Origin: Candidatus Marinacidobacterales bacterium
Lineage (GTDB): Bacteria > Acidobacteriota > Vicinamibacteria > Marinacidobacterales > SMYC01
Length of the DNA stretch: 64,000 bases
NCBI GenBank assembly: GCA_965237955.1
Contig: OZ250169.1
Span: 7,680,001-7,744,000 of the forward strand
Direction: 5' to 3'
Positions 19,078-29,819 of this stretch are shown here, in pieces. Numbering within the stretch: position 1 is the first letter of the stretch; every line of letters starts with the position of its first letter. The notes beneath the pieces were generated by a model that worked only from the letters and a program-made list of their open reading frames with translations, had not been told where the DNA came from and made no database searches. The position numbers were made by a program, and so were the translations under genes.

Positions 19078-22000
19078 CTACTGGTGTTGAAAACCAGGAA
19101 AAATCAAGACCGTTGCCACGAGTTGGCGGAGACGCGCTTCCGCGTCCGCGCCGTTGATGTCGAACTGCGACGTACCCCTCGCGCTCAAGATGTCGTAGGC
19201 GATCGAGAGCTCGAACGCCGTGAACTCGTTCTGAAGAGCGATCTCGAAAAGGTAGCCGGCGATCCCTTCCGCCGTCTCGAAGCCTTTGTCCTGGAAGTAC
19301 GCTCGGATGTCGAAGTAGGTGTCCGAAGCTCCGTCTTCGCGCGCGACCTCGTTCACGAAGTTGACGCGCGCGAGCAGAAGGCTGGTATCGATCCAGTCGT
19401 CCGCGGTCTCGGAGAAACCATCGGGCGCCCGGTGGCCGAAGAGCTCCATGTCGAGGTCGCTGTCCAGATCCCTTTCGAGGTCGTGACGGTCTTCGACGGT
19501 CGCATCGAGATGGCGTACGGTGCCCGCCAAAAGCTCGAGAGGAGTCTTGACCTTCGCGTGGAAGTTCAACGGGTCGACGAAATCGGGAGCATCGAGGAGA
19601 AACTGCACGACGTCGCGTATCTGGTTGGGGTTGCCGCTCGAGTGCTCGGCCTGGAACACGTCGGCGCAGCCGTTGACGAGGGAAGCAACCGGACTCTCGG
19701 TGATGAAGAGCTTGATCAGCTTTGTGCAGACGAACTCCGCCGTCGACCGATGCTCCGAGAGCATGTCGAGCACGACTTCGCCTTCCACCAGGCCCGATCC
19801 AGCAGGCGTCGGGAAGGTGATACCGAGGAATGTCTTGGCGCCGGTGTCATGGTCGCTCGCGACGAACGCGAAGTTACCGCCGACCTCTTTCCATCCCGTC
19901 AGAATGCGGGCCAACTCCTCGACTTCGAACTGCGTGTAGCCTCCGTCGACGCCCATGGTGGAGAGCTCGAGAATCTCCCTCGCGTAGTTTTCATTGGGCT
20001 CGACGACTGAGTTGTTGGTGAGGTCGAGGTAGATGAGCATCGCCGGGCTCTTCGCACTGATCTCGAGCAAATCGCGGAACCGACCGAGCGCATTCGCACG
20101 GAAGTTGTTGTTTTCCCTCAGCTCGAACTCGGGCACGTCGTGGGAACCCATGTAGGTGCTGAAGTGGTTGTCCCAGAACTGCGTCATCACTTCCTGGAGC
20201 GCGTTCGGGTTGAAGATCGCATGCATCAACGCGTACTCGCGCACTTCATCGTCGGTCGTCGTCGGGAGCCACGCGACGAAGGCATCGAACGCGGGATCGG
20301 GAACCGGGTCCAGCAAGCGATCTTGAAACGCGGTCACACCACTCGACTTGACCTCGTCGAGAAGAGCAGGGGTCGCGCCGAACGTCGCACGGGAGAGAAG
20401 CATCGCTTCCTTGAGATCGAACGCGACGAGGGTGAAGTTGAACGCCAGCGTCGACGTGGCTCCGACACCGTCCGTCCCCACGAGCGTCAAAACCGCTGTA
20501 CCCGGCGACAGCTGCCCCGGTGGCAAGAACACGCTCCACGCGTTGTTGAGCGAGATTTCGACAGGTCTCGCAGCCATGAGCGTGACGCCGTCGATGGCGA
20601 GCTCGGCGGTGAGACTCACCGTTGCCGAGTCCACCGTACCGGAGATGACCTGACCGCCGTCGGCGAGGGTTTCGCCGTCAGTATGAGACGTGACCCGTAG
20701 GGTTGAGGGTGTCGCCGCGACCGTGAAAACGAGCACGTCGCTCGTCGTCATCATCGCGGCCGCGTTCTCAGTGGTGACGGTAAAGTGGTAGCGTCCATCT
20801 TCGAGGTCGAGGCTCGGGGTAGGCGTCACCATGCACCCGGTGGCGTCGCAGGTGAGATCGGCTAACGCGTAGCGCACGTTGTGGCGCTCGGCGGCGGTAT
20901 CGTCGTTGACGACGAGCGTGTAGGCGACGGCTTCGGTGACGACCGTCCACGAGAACACCGGATTGCGTTCGGTGATCGAGCCCACGGGAGACAACGGCGT
21001 CGTCGCCGGCGGTGTTGCGCTGGTGTCGACGGTGAACTCGCCTCGGCCCGGCTCTCCGCTGACGTCGCCTTTCTTCGCGGTCACGAAGCATGTGTAGTTG
21101 CCGTCCGCGAGAACGTCGGGCGGCGTCGCTCGGCACTCGGCGGCGCAGACGTCACTCCCATATTCGTACGTGTACACGACCGGGTCGAACGCGTCTTTGA
21201 CCATGAGCACGTACGACGTCGCCATCGGCACTGGCCGCCATGCGAACGTGGGCGTGGCGGTGGTGACCGTACCCGTCGGGCCGATGAGCGCGGGCATTCC
21301 CGGCGGTGTTGCGCCACCGACCATCACTTTGAAGTTCTTGGCCGCACTCGGGGGTGAGGAGCCGGCGGCGTTGATGGCCTCGACGAAGAACGAGTAGTCC
21401 CCGTTCTCGAGGATCTCCATCGGAGTGACCATGCAACCGTCCGTCGGGGTGCAAGACGCGAAATCGCTCGAGTAGGTGTGGCTGTAGAGCACAGGGTCGA
21501 AGGCATCTTTGACGGTGAGCTTGTACATCGTCGCTTCCGAGACGTGCGTCCATTGGAACGTGGGCGTCTTCGCATCGATGGCGCCGTCGGGTGCTATGAG
21601 CTCAGGTGTTTGTGGCGGAGAACCGCCGCCGGCTTACGCTTCGAAGATCATCCAGTCGCCGGGGCTGCTCGATCGCCGGACGTTGCTGCGGGCGAGGACG
21701 CTCCACTTGTACGTCCCTTCGGGGAGATTGATTCCCAATTCCGCTGAGCACATCGCCTGGTCGCAGATGGACGCGGCCTCGAAGCGTGTCGTCGCGACGC
21801 GGACTCGGTCTTGTCGCAGCCTGAGCACGTAATGGGTTGCATCGGCTACCGGGTACCACTGGAACGTTGGTGCGGTGCCCGTCATGCCCTCGGGCGCGAT
21901 CGCCACGGGCTTGTCGAGGAAGTCACCGACGAGAAACCGCATCGAGCGGCTGGGGCGGCCCGGGCCGGCGACGTTTCTACCGCTGACCTTGAAGCGGTAG

Positions 22001-22887
22001 CGTCCGTGTTCGAGGACGAGGCCAGACGGGGCGACGGCGCAGGTGATGTCAGGGCAAAGCGTCGCGTCCGCGGTGTACCACTGAGCGTGTAGTTCAACGC
22101 CGCGACGTCGGATTTCCAAGTAGTACTTGGTGGCTCGCGCGGTCGTATTCCAAACGAACAACGGTGACGTTTCGGAGTTGCGACCGTTCGGCGAAACCAG
22201 TGTGGGTCGTTCGGGAGGCCTCGGCAATGTCCGCACGTCGAAGCGCATCCGATGCGAGCGCGGCCCGGGGCCAACGATTCCCGAAGCGCGCACCGTCCAC
22301 GCGTATCTCCCGTCGGCAAGGTTCAAGTTCGTGAGTGCCGGCGGCGCGGTGCATAGACCCTCCTGGCACACCGAAGCGCCGGAGTAGACCTGACGGAAGA
22401 ACGTCCGGGGACGACCGCCCTGAACCACCAGCTCGTAGTCCATACCGTCGCCCGCCGCCTGCCACGTGAGCGTTGGTGTCGTCGTGTCGAGCTCGCCCGA
22501 TGGTGCCACGAGCTCCACCCTCCCCGGTCTCAAACCGTCGGGTGAGACGGTAAAGCGCCGGGGACTCGACCACCGATCGAGGCTTCCGGGAATCCGCGAC
22601 AGGACGAGCCAGAGATACGGCCCCGGCGCGAGCGGCTCTGTCGCGGCAAACGAGCACGCGCCGTCGACGCAGCCGTCGGCCGGCGCTATCGACTCGGCGA
22701 TCTGCGGCCCGCCTCTACCGACGACCCATAGGTCGTATTGGGTGGCGGTGTCGACCGCGCGCCAAGTGAACGTGGGCGACGTTTCCGCAATGGTCCCTTT
22801 CGGTTTCGTTAGTCTTGCCGTTCGTCCGGCTGCTTCTAGCATTCCGGGCACGGCAAGAAGGACGAGGAACATCCATCTCGCACGCAT
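19078..22887 (-). pseudogene. Large secreted protein (7 Cys-pair Fn3/Ig-like repeats, an Ig-like domain and DUF1800) interrupted by one in-frame TAA at 21634-21636
   Basis: ORFs 21634..22887 and 19078..21528 share a frame. The sequence after the stop (AGGGSPPQTPELIAPDGAIDAKTPTFQW) continues the repeat pattern. The C-terminus has DUF1800 motifs FWDNHF, PAMLIYLD, NENYAREILEL and ARILTGW. Confidence 0.8.
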
Positions 22888-23100
22888 GGAAAACCTCCAA
22901 GTAGCTCAGGAACCAAACGGCGCGTTGGTTCATGGCTGGGTGGATTGAGTCTCAGTCATCGTGAGCGCACGACGATAGCCTAACGACGCCCGTACTTCAG
23001 TGACCGGGTGAGTGTGTTTATTCCAACAAGAGGTGCGGGAAAACCCCTACGCACGATCGCACAAATGGTTGAAAACGCAGATGTTTACAGGGGCAGTTTG

Positions 23101-24510
23101 CTACCGCACGAAATGCTTCTCGATAACGTGCGTGACGCAACAGGTAAGTTTCTTCGCGTAGTCGATGTGAAGAAACTCGTTCGGACCGTGGGCGTTGCTT
23201 TGCGGACCGAGGACGCCGGTGACCACGAACTGGGCTTGGGGAAATTTTTCGCCGAGCATTCCCATGAACGGGATCGACCCACCCTCACCCATGTGGAGCG
23301 CCGGTTTCCCGTAGAACGCGTGCGACGCTTCATCAAGGGCCTTACCGAGCCAGGGCGCAAGCTCGGGCGCGCTCCACCCCGGGGCCGGCTCGTGGAAATC
23401 GAGCGTTACTTTCGCGCCGTAGGGCGGATCCTTGGTCAGAAGCTCTTCGAGCACACTTCTCGCCCGGTTTGGATCGAGCGTCGGCGGGATGCGAAGTGAA
23501 AGGTTCAACGTCGTGTACGGCCGCAACACGTTGCCGGCGTCTTTCAAAGCCGGCATCCCTTCCTGACCCGTCACCGCGAGAGCCGGTCGCCACGTGCGGT
23601 TGAGAATGAGCTCGGTGGAATCATCGCCCACCGCGCGCATGTTGCCGCACCACGGAAACTTCGAGACGACCTCGTCGCTCAAAACTTCGGCGACCTTGCC
23701 GGCTTGGGCGCGTCTTTGCTCGGGGATGTCCACGCTGAGCGCGTCCGGAAGAATCTTCCCCGACGTCTCGTCTTCGAGCCGAGAGATGAGTTGGCGGAGG
23801 ATGCGAAACGACGAGGCCACGATCCCGCTGGCGTCGCCCGAATGAACCCCTTCGTCGAGAACGTCCACTCTGAGGGTCGCGCCTATTAGACCGCGCAGAG
23901 AGGTTGTCGACCAGAGCTGTTCGTAGTTCCCGGCCCCCGAGTCGAGACAGACGATAAGGCTCGGCGTGCCGATTTCTTTTGCGAAGTGCTCGACGTAGGC
24001 CGGGAGATCCGGCGAGCCGCTTTCTTCGGAGAACTCGATGAGGATCACGATGCGCGCGTGATCGATGCCTTGCTCCCGCAGAGCCAATAGCGAGCAAATC
24101 GACGCGAAGACCGCGTAACCATCGTCGGCGCCACCGCGTCCGTAGAGTTTGTCGCCGTCGCGCACGGGCTTCCACGGTCCGAGGCCGTCGCGCCAGCCTG
24201 TCATCTCCGGCTGCTTGTCGAGGTGGCCGTACATCAAAATGGTGTCGTCCGATTTGCCGGGGACATCCAAGAGCAGAAGCGGCGTGCGGTTTTTGAGGCG
24301 TCCGACGTGGAGTGTGGTTCCGTCGGACTTGTGGTCGTCGAGCCAGCTGTGGACGAGCTCGAGCGCTCGCTCGACGTGGCCGTTCTCCTGCCAGTTCGGA
24401 TCGAACATGGACGAGACGTTGGGGATGCGGATGTAGTCCGTGATTGTGGGAACGATCTTCTCTTCCCAGAACGCATCGACGAATTGCTTGGTTTGATCTT
24501 GATCTGCCAT
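23101..24510 (-). CDS. M20/M25/M40-family metallopeptidase
   Basis: YGHLDKQP, LYGRGGADDGY, EESGS, HSG, GGSIP and NAHGPNE motifs. Confidence 0.92.
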   Translation of the reverse strand: MADQDQTKQFVDAFWEEKIVPTITDYIRIPNVSSMFDPNWQENGHVERALELVHSWLDDHKSDGTTLHVGRLKNRTPLLLLDVPGKSDDTILMYGHLDKQPEMTGWRDGLGPWKPVRDGDKLYGRGGADDGYAVFASICSLLALREQGIDHARIVILIEFSEESGSPDLPAYVEHFAKEIGTPSLIVCLDSGAGNYEQLWSTTSLRGLIGATLRVDVLDEGVHSGDASGIVASSFRILRQLISRLEDETSGKILPDALSVDIPEQRRAQAGKVAEVLSDEVVSKFPWCGNMRAVGDDSTELILNRTWRPALAVTGQEGMPALKDAGNVLRPYTTLNLSLRIPPTLDPNRARSVLEELLTKDPPYGAKVTLDFHEPAPGWSAPELAPWLGKALDEASHAFYGKPALHMGEGGSIPFMGMLGEKFPQAQFVVTGVLGPQSNAHGPNEFLHIDYAKKLTCCVTHVIEKHFVR

Positions 24511-24532
24511 CGCGTCGTTTCTCCAGCTGGAA

Positions 24533-25921
24533 TTAGATATCGGGATGCCTCGAGTGCCATTCGGTTGCTTGCTCGTATGCGTGGGCCGTTCTCAACAAAC
24601 GCGCCTCGTCGAAGGCACGTCCGGCGAGCTGAAAACCAATGGGTGCGTCCTCGCCGTCGAAGCCCGCAGGAGTCGAGATCGCGGGAAGCCCGAGAAGATC
24701 GTACGGCATGGTGAAGCGGAGCACGTCCATCGAGTCGAGTTGCCTTCCGGAAACCATCGGCAGTCCTCGGTGCGAGCGGCGCACGATCGGGTACGTGGGC
24801 GAGGCGAGAAGATCGACCGTCTTCATCGCTTCGGCGGCGCGTACTTGGAAGACGCGGCGCGCGCGTTGTGCTTTCAGATAATCGGCGGCCGGGATCAGAA
24901 GCGCACCGCGCGCGCCTCCGCCATATTCCTCCGGCCTCTCCCGCATCCATGGTTCGTGAGCGGCGCCCCATTCGCACAAGAAGATGAGGTACATCACCTC
25001 GGACATCTCCTCCGGGCTCGGCAAGCTGACGTCGACGACCGCAATCTGAAGCTCCGTGAGCGTCGCGAGCGCCTGCTCGAACGCGCGCGCCACCGCGGGC
25101 TCCGCGACTCGAAGTAGCGTCTGGTCGACGCCGACCTTCAACTCGGCAACCGGCCGGTCGAGCTCGGCCACGTAGTCGGCCACGTCGTGCCGCGCCGTCG
25201 TCGTGTCGCCGGCGCGATGCCCGGCGAGAACGGTGAGGGCAATGGCGGCGTCTTGCACCGTGCGCGTCAGCGTACCGGCGTGGTCGATCGTGTACGCGCG
25301 CGGGAACATGCCTTCGGTGCTGATACGTCCGTGCGTCGGCTTCAAACCCACGACGTTACACACCGACGCAGGGTTTCTAACCGAGCCGCCGTTGTCCGAT
25401 CCGATGGAAAGCGCCGCGAGCCCGGAAGCGACTTGGGCCGCGGAGCCGCCGCTCGATCCGCTCGGAGAGTATTCGAGGTTCCATGGATTGTTCATGTCCC
25501 CGAAGTCGGGGTTCGTTCCCGACTCGCCTCCGGCGAATTTGTTCAAGTTGGCCTTGCCCATGAGCACACAACCGGCCTCGTCGAGGCGTCGCGTGACCTC
25601 GGCGTCCACCGACGGCGTGTGGTTTCTCAGAAAGCGTGCCCCCGCGGTGGTCGGGATATCGGCGGTCTCGAAAACATCCTTGAGACTGATCGGGATACCG
25701 TGGAGCGGGCTGTCCGCTTTCCCCTGCGCGCGCTCACGATCCCGGCGGCGCGCTTGGTCGAGCGCGCGCTCCGGAAGAAACGTGATGTAGCTGTTGAGCT
25801 CGGGCTCGAGCGCTTCGGGTCTTTCGATCGCGGCGCGGACGAGCTCTTCCGAGGATATCTCGCGTCGCTCGAGAAGAGACGAGAGCTCGTGGAGCGGTGA
25901 CAGTAGGAGCTTGCGCGACAT
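24533..25921 (-). CDS. Amidase signature family protein (GatA-like)
   Basis: LHGIPISLKD, SGSSGGSAA, GSDNGGSVRNPAS and GLKPTHGR. The inferred ATG at 25921 overlaps the upstream stop. Confidence 0.9.
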   Translation of the reverse strand: MSRKLLLSPLHELSSLLERREISSEELVRAAIERPEALEPELNSYITFLPERALDQARRRDRERAQGKADSPLHGIPISLKDVFETADIPTTAGARFLRNHTPSVDAEVTRRLDEAGCVLMGKANLNKFAGGESGTNPDFGDMNNPWNLEYSPSGSSGGSAAQVASGLAALSIGSDNGGSVRNPASVCNVVGLKPTHGRISTEGMFPRAYTIDHAGTLTRTVQDAAIALTVLAGHRAGDTTTARHDVADYVAELDRPVAELKVGVDQTLLRVAEPAVARAFEQALATLTELQIAVVDVSLPSPEEMSEVMYLIFLCEWGAAHEPWMRERPEEYGGGARGALLIPAADYLKAQRARRVFQVRAAEAMKTVDLLASPTYPIVRRSHRGLPMVSGRQLDSMDVLRFTMPYDLLGLPAISTPAGFDGEDAPIGFQLAGRAFDEARLLRTAHAYEQATEWHSRHPDI

Positions 25922-26178
25922 CAATCGAGCTCGGGATCGAGGCGGATGGCAGGCTCGATGCGCGGGTCGGGAATCGAACGCAGCCATGTCGATAACAGGA
26001 GCGCTCGGACTTGAGCGGGCTCGCCGGGCTGCGGGTCGAGACCGTGGGCGCGCATGAGCTCTTCGACCGCCGCGGGCGAGAGCGCGCCTGTCCGTCCTGT
26101 CCCGCGTGTCTGAGCGGATGCGACGCCGCCCACGCTCGCGACTCCAAACAAAGAGCGCAACACGTCACGGCGTTTCAC
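25921..26178 (-). CDS. Small (85 aa) Tat-signal protein translationally coupled to the amidase
   Basis: GTG start overlaps the SDR stop. Sequence MKRRDVLRSLFGVASVGGVASAQ...PDPRIEPAIRLDPELD. Its stop overlaps the amidase ATG. Confidence 0.6.
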   Translation of the reverse strand: MKRRDVLRSLFGVASVGGVASAQTRGTGRTGALSPAAVEELMRAHGLDPQPGEPAQVRALLLSTWLRSIPDPRIEPAIRLDPELD

Positions 26179-26525
26179 GAGATCTGCTCTACTCGAGGCA
26201 GGCGCACGTTGATGGTGCGGGCGACGGCCCAGTCGGCGAGCTTCGGTGAGATCCGTTGCAGCCACGCCAACGTCTTGCCTTTGCCCGTCAGGAAAATCTC
26301 GGCCTTCGGGCGGCGCGCGCACTCGAAGATCACATCGGCGACGACTTCCGCCGCCATCGGGCCCGCGCCCGGACGGCCGCGCTCGACGCCGTAGTCCAGC
26401 ACGTTGTCGGAAAACTCCGTCTTCGTGAACCCCGGACAGACCACGGAGACTTCGACCCCGATTCCGCTCGATGCACCGGTAATGACCACCGAAGGCCGCT
26501 CGGGAAGAAACCAAGGCTTTGCCAT
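26175..26525 (-). pseudogene. SDR oxidoreductase with a large in-frame internal deletion
   Basis: VVITGASSGIG is joined directly to VEVSVVCPGFTKTEF. The NNAG and YxxxK regions are missing. Confidence 0.8.
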
Positions 26526-26643
26526 TTCCCGTAGTCTAGCCGGTCGAACCGCGATCGGCTATCCGTACTACTACTCGTGTGAAAGAGATGAGCTTTTCTT
26601 TTCCAGCGAAGAAGCACTTGGACATTAGTAGTCCAGAGGCTCG

Positions 26644-28107
26644 CTAGCGGTCGAACGATTCGCGTCGGGAGGCGTCCGACAGGGGGATGAGGTACTTCAT
26701 TGGATCCGAGAGGATCTTCTTCCGTGCCGCTTCGAGGGACGTCTCGCCGGCGTAACTGACGGCGGATTGCAAGTGACCTCGAACGCGGTGGAGGACGTCG
26801 ACGACGCTTCCCTTATAGGGCACCTGGATCTGCATGCCTTCGGCGGGGGTGTTCGTCGCGCTCTCGCGATCGGCGCCGCTCTCGCCGTCGTATCGCGATT
26901 GCAACACCGCCTGCGGAGAGGTCATGCCGCGATAGATTTTGCGCTTCTGGTGCGTGGCCGGATCCTCGATGAGGTGTCCAGGCGATTCGTCGGTGCCCGA
27001 AAGCGCACTGCCGAGCATGACCGACGACGCTCCGCACACGAGCGCGAGAAAGATGTCTTTGTCGTCCGCAATACCACCGTCGGCGATGATGGGCACATCG
27101 TCGCCCACCGCGCACCACGCTTCACGGATAGCTTGGAGCTGGGGCACGCCGGCAGCGGTTTCGATCCGGGTGCGACAACCGCGGCCCGGTCCCACGCCGA
27201 CTTTGATGGCATCCACGCCGAGTTCGGTGAGAAAGCGCGCGCCGTCGAACGTGGCGATGTTCCCGCAGATGAGAGGCGTGTCCGGAAACCGGGAGCGGAT
27301 GCCCTCGATGCCTTCGCGCATGACATCGGAATGTCCGTGAGCGATGTCGATGACGAGGACGTCGACTTGAGCGTCCACGAGAGCGGCGGATCGTTCGAGG
27401 AAGTCACCGCGGGCGCCGATGGTTCCTCCGACGAGCAGACGTCCTTTGCGGTCCTTGCTTGAGAACGGTCGGTGGCGGAACAAGAGCAAATCGCGGAGCG
27501 TGATCAGGCCCCGAATGTGTCGTTCGTCGACGACGAGCGGGAGTCGTTCGATGCGCTGCTCGAACATCAGCCGCTCGGCGTCTTCCTCGCTGATCCCGGG
27601 CGGGCTGACGTGCAAACGGTCGAACGGCGTCATGAACTCGTCCACGGGCTCGGAGTCGGCTTCGGCGCGCCGGGGGATGTCTCGGTTGGTGAGGAGACCG
27701 GCGAGGACACCACTCCCCGGTTGTTCTTCGACGAGAAGCGCGGTGATGTGGTGGCGTCTCGCGATCGCTTTCGCCTCACCGATCGTCGTGCCTCGAGGCA
27801 CGCGCCTCGGGCTTTCGATCACCGCGCTATGGCTGCGCTTCACGAAGCGCACCATGTCCGCCTGACGGTCGATGGGGACCGCTCGATGGACGATGCCGAT
27901 GCCGCCTTCGAGCGCCATCGCTTTGGCCATCTCGGCCTCGGTCACGCTGTCCATGTTCGACGAGACCACGGGAAGGCCGAGCGCCAGTGACTCCGTCAGC
28001 TTGCATCCGAGCGAGATTCCGGCGCGCGTCGATACCACGCCTCGCTGTGGCCGGAATAGAAAATCGCTGTAGGTTTTCCCGATGAACCGTTCGTCGAGTT
28101 TGCTCAC
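26644..28107 (-). CDS. guaB: IMP dehydrogenase/GMP reductase family protein with CBS pair and an atypical catalytic loop
   Basis: PVVSSNMDSVTE, DIAHGHS, GNIAT, KVGVGPGRGCRTR, IIADGGI, VMLGS and YRGMTS motifs. Confidence 0.8.
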   Translation of the reverse strand: MSKLDERFIGKTYSDFLFRPQRGVVSTRAGISLGCKLTESLALGLPVVSSNMDSVTEAEMAKAMALEGGIGIVHRAVPIDRQADMVRFVKRSHSAVIESPRRVPRGTTIGEAKAIARRHHITALLVEEQPGSGVLAGLLTNRDIPRRAEADSEPVDEFMTPFDRLHVSPPGISEEDAERLMFEQRIERLPLVVDERHIRGLITLRDLLLFRHRPFSSKDRKGRLLVGGTIGARGDFLERSAALVDAQVDVLVIDIAHGHSDVMREGIEGIRSRFPDTPLICGNIATFDGARFLTELGVDAIKVGVGPGRGCRTRIETAAGVPQLQAIREAWCAVGDDVPIIADGGIADDKDIFLALVCGASSVMLGSALSGTDESPGHLIEDPATHQKRKIYRGMTSPQAVLQSRYDGESGADRESATNTPAEGMQIQVPYKGSVVDVLHRVRGHLQSAVSYAGETSLEAARKKILSDPMKYLIPLSDASRRESFDR

Positions 28108-28148
28108 ATGTTTAGCATCTCAATGAGACGCCCTCGGATCAAGGGAGC

Positions 28149-28583
28149 TCAGGAGCTCTTGATCCGGGGCACGTCGAGGAGCAGCGCGACGACACAGACG
28201 GCGAGGGGAATGTTCGCGGCTACGAGGCCGAGATTCGTTCCCAACACTGGATTGCGCAGCAAGATGATGCCGCAGGTGACGATCGTGCCCGCCAGAATGG
28301 TCCACCACGCCCACACGTCACCGCGGCGATAAGGAACGAGCGCGATGACAAGAAAGAGGAGCCCGTAGCCGGCGCCGAACGCGGCGGCGGTGCCCCGTCG
28401 TGCCCGGAGCATCGTGGCGACGTCGGCACGATCGCCCGCGAGCTTGCTCAGCGGCATGACGTTTCCCATGAGTTCATCTTCGGCGAAGTAAGCGACGCCC
28501 ACCGACGCGAGCGAGCCGAACAGCGTGAGTCCGCCGACGAGCGCCAGAAGGAGCCAGCTAAGCATTTGGAGTTTCGAGCTCAT
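28149..28583 (-). CDS. Hypothetical membrane protein (about 4 TM segments)
   Basis: Hydrophobic segments and a PYRRGDVWAWW motif. The start is inferred at ATG 28583. Confidence 0.7.
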   Translation of the reverse strand: MSSKLQMLSWLLLALVGGLTLFGSLASVGVAYFAEDELMGNVMPLSKLAGDRADVATMLRARRGTAAAFGAGYGLLFLVIALVPYRRGDVWAWWTILAGTIVTCGIILLRNPVLGTNLGLVAANIPLAVCVVALLLDVPRIKSS

Positions 28584-28714
28584 GCCTGTCTCCCTGACCA
28601 TTTGACCGCCCAGCCAGTCTGAAGAGTAACTGCCGGCACACTTCCAAAGCAAGTTTGCACGCGCCGTAAAGAATTTACGTCGAGCACACGGTGACGTTCA
28701 ACTAACGATGAGTC

Positions 28715-29782
28715 TCAGTCCGCGACGGCCCCCCAAATATCTCCAACAGTGAAACCGTCGGGGAAGGGGTCGTCGGGGTCCACCACGTACTGCGCGAAGC
28801 CGGTGATCCATGCGGAGCCGCTCAACGTCGGCACCACCGCCGGATAATCACCGACGGTCGTTTCACGGACCAATTTGCCGGTGAAGATGGTACCGAGAGG
28901 ACCTTCATGGCGAAATTCTTCGTTCAACGCGAGCTCGCCCTTCGCGTGAAGCACCGCCATCTTCGCGCACGTGCCGGTGCCGCACGGCGACCGGTCCAGT
29001 GCCCCCGTCCAGGTATCGGGCCGATCCCAATCGAGCGTTCCCGTGGAAACGATGACCGCGTTCTTGCGGTGCGCCTTGGGGTCGAGCGGCGGGCCGGACA
29101 GTTGTCCGATGGTGATGCCCTGGATCTCCGGGTTCTCGGGATGCACGGCCTCTAGCTGTTCCTGTGCGGCTTTTTTGATCATCTCGCCGATGCGGGCGAT
29201 CTTGCCGCCTTCGTCGGCGGTGAGTCGAAGCCCGAATTGCTCCGCGTCGGCGATGACGTAGAACATCCCGCCGTACGCGACATCGACCCGCACCTTGCCG
29301 AGCTCGGGCACGTCGATCTCGCGATCGGTATGGACGGCGAACGCCGGCACGTTCTCGAACGTGACGCTTTTGACCTTCCCGTCTCTGACTTCGGCGGTGA
29401 CTTCGATGAGCCCGGCGGGGGACTCGAGGGTCAGCTTGGTGATGGGCTCCTCCGAAGGCACCATGCCGGTCTCGATCAGCGCGGTGGTGACGCAAATCGT
29501 GTTGGTTCCTGACATCGGCGGGTATTCCACTTGCTCCATGATCACGAAACCCGCGTCCGCCTCGGGACGAGTCGGTGGGAGGATGAGGTTGCAGTTCGCT
29601 GCCGGATAGCCGCGCGGTTCTCGCAGCATGCGCTTTCTGAGGTGGTCCGCGTTCGTTCTCAGATGCGTCATCTTGTCGAACATCGTCGCTCCAGGAACGT
29701 CGAGGACGCCGCCGGTGATGACTCGACCCGGCTCGCCGCAGGCGTGGAGATCCACCGCGTGAATCGTGCTCGCGAACCGCAT
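28715..29782 (-). CDS. Proline racemase family enzyme (Ser/Cys dyad)
   Basis: DLHACGEPGR, LREPRG, PMSGTN, DVAYGG and DRSPCGTGT motifs. Confidence 0.9.
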   Translation of the reverse strand: MRFASTIHAVDLHACGEPGRVITGGVLDVPGATMFDKMTHLRTNADHLRKRMLREPRGYPAANCNLILPPTRPEADAGFVIMEQVEYPPMSGTNTICVTTALIETGMVPSEEPITKLTLESPAGLIEVTAEVRDGKVKSVTFENVPAFAVHTDREIDVPELGKVRVDVAYGGMFYVIADAEQFGLRLTADEGGKIARIGEMIKKAAQEQLEAVHPENPEIQGITIGQLSGPPLDPKAHRKNAVIVSTGTLDWDRPDTWTGALDRSPCGTGTCAKMAVLHAKGELALNEEFRHEGPLGTIFTGKLVRETTVGDYPAVVPTLSGSAWITGFAQYVVDPDDPFPDGFTVGDIWGAVAD

Positions 29783-29819
29783 GGTTGCGATCATAACCGA
29801 GATTCTCTTACGTTTCGCT

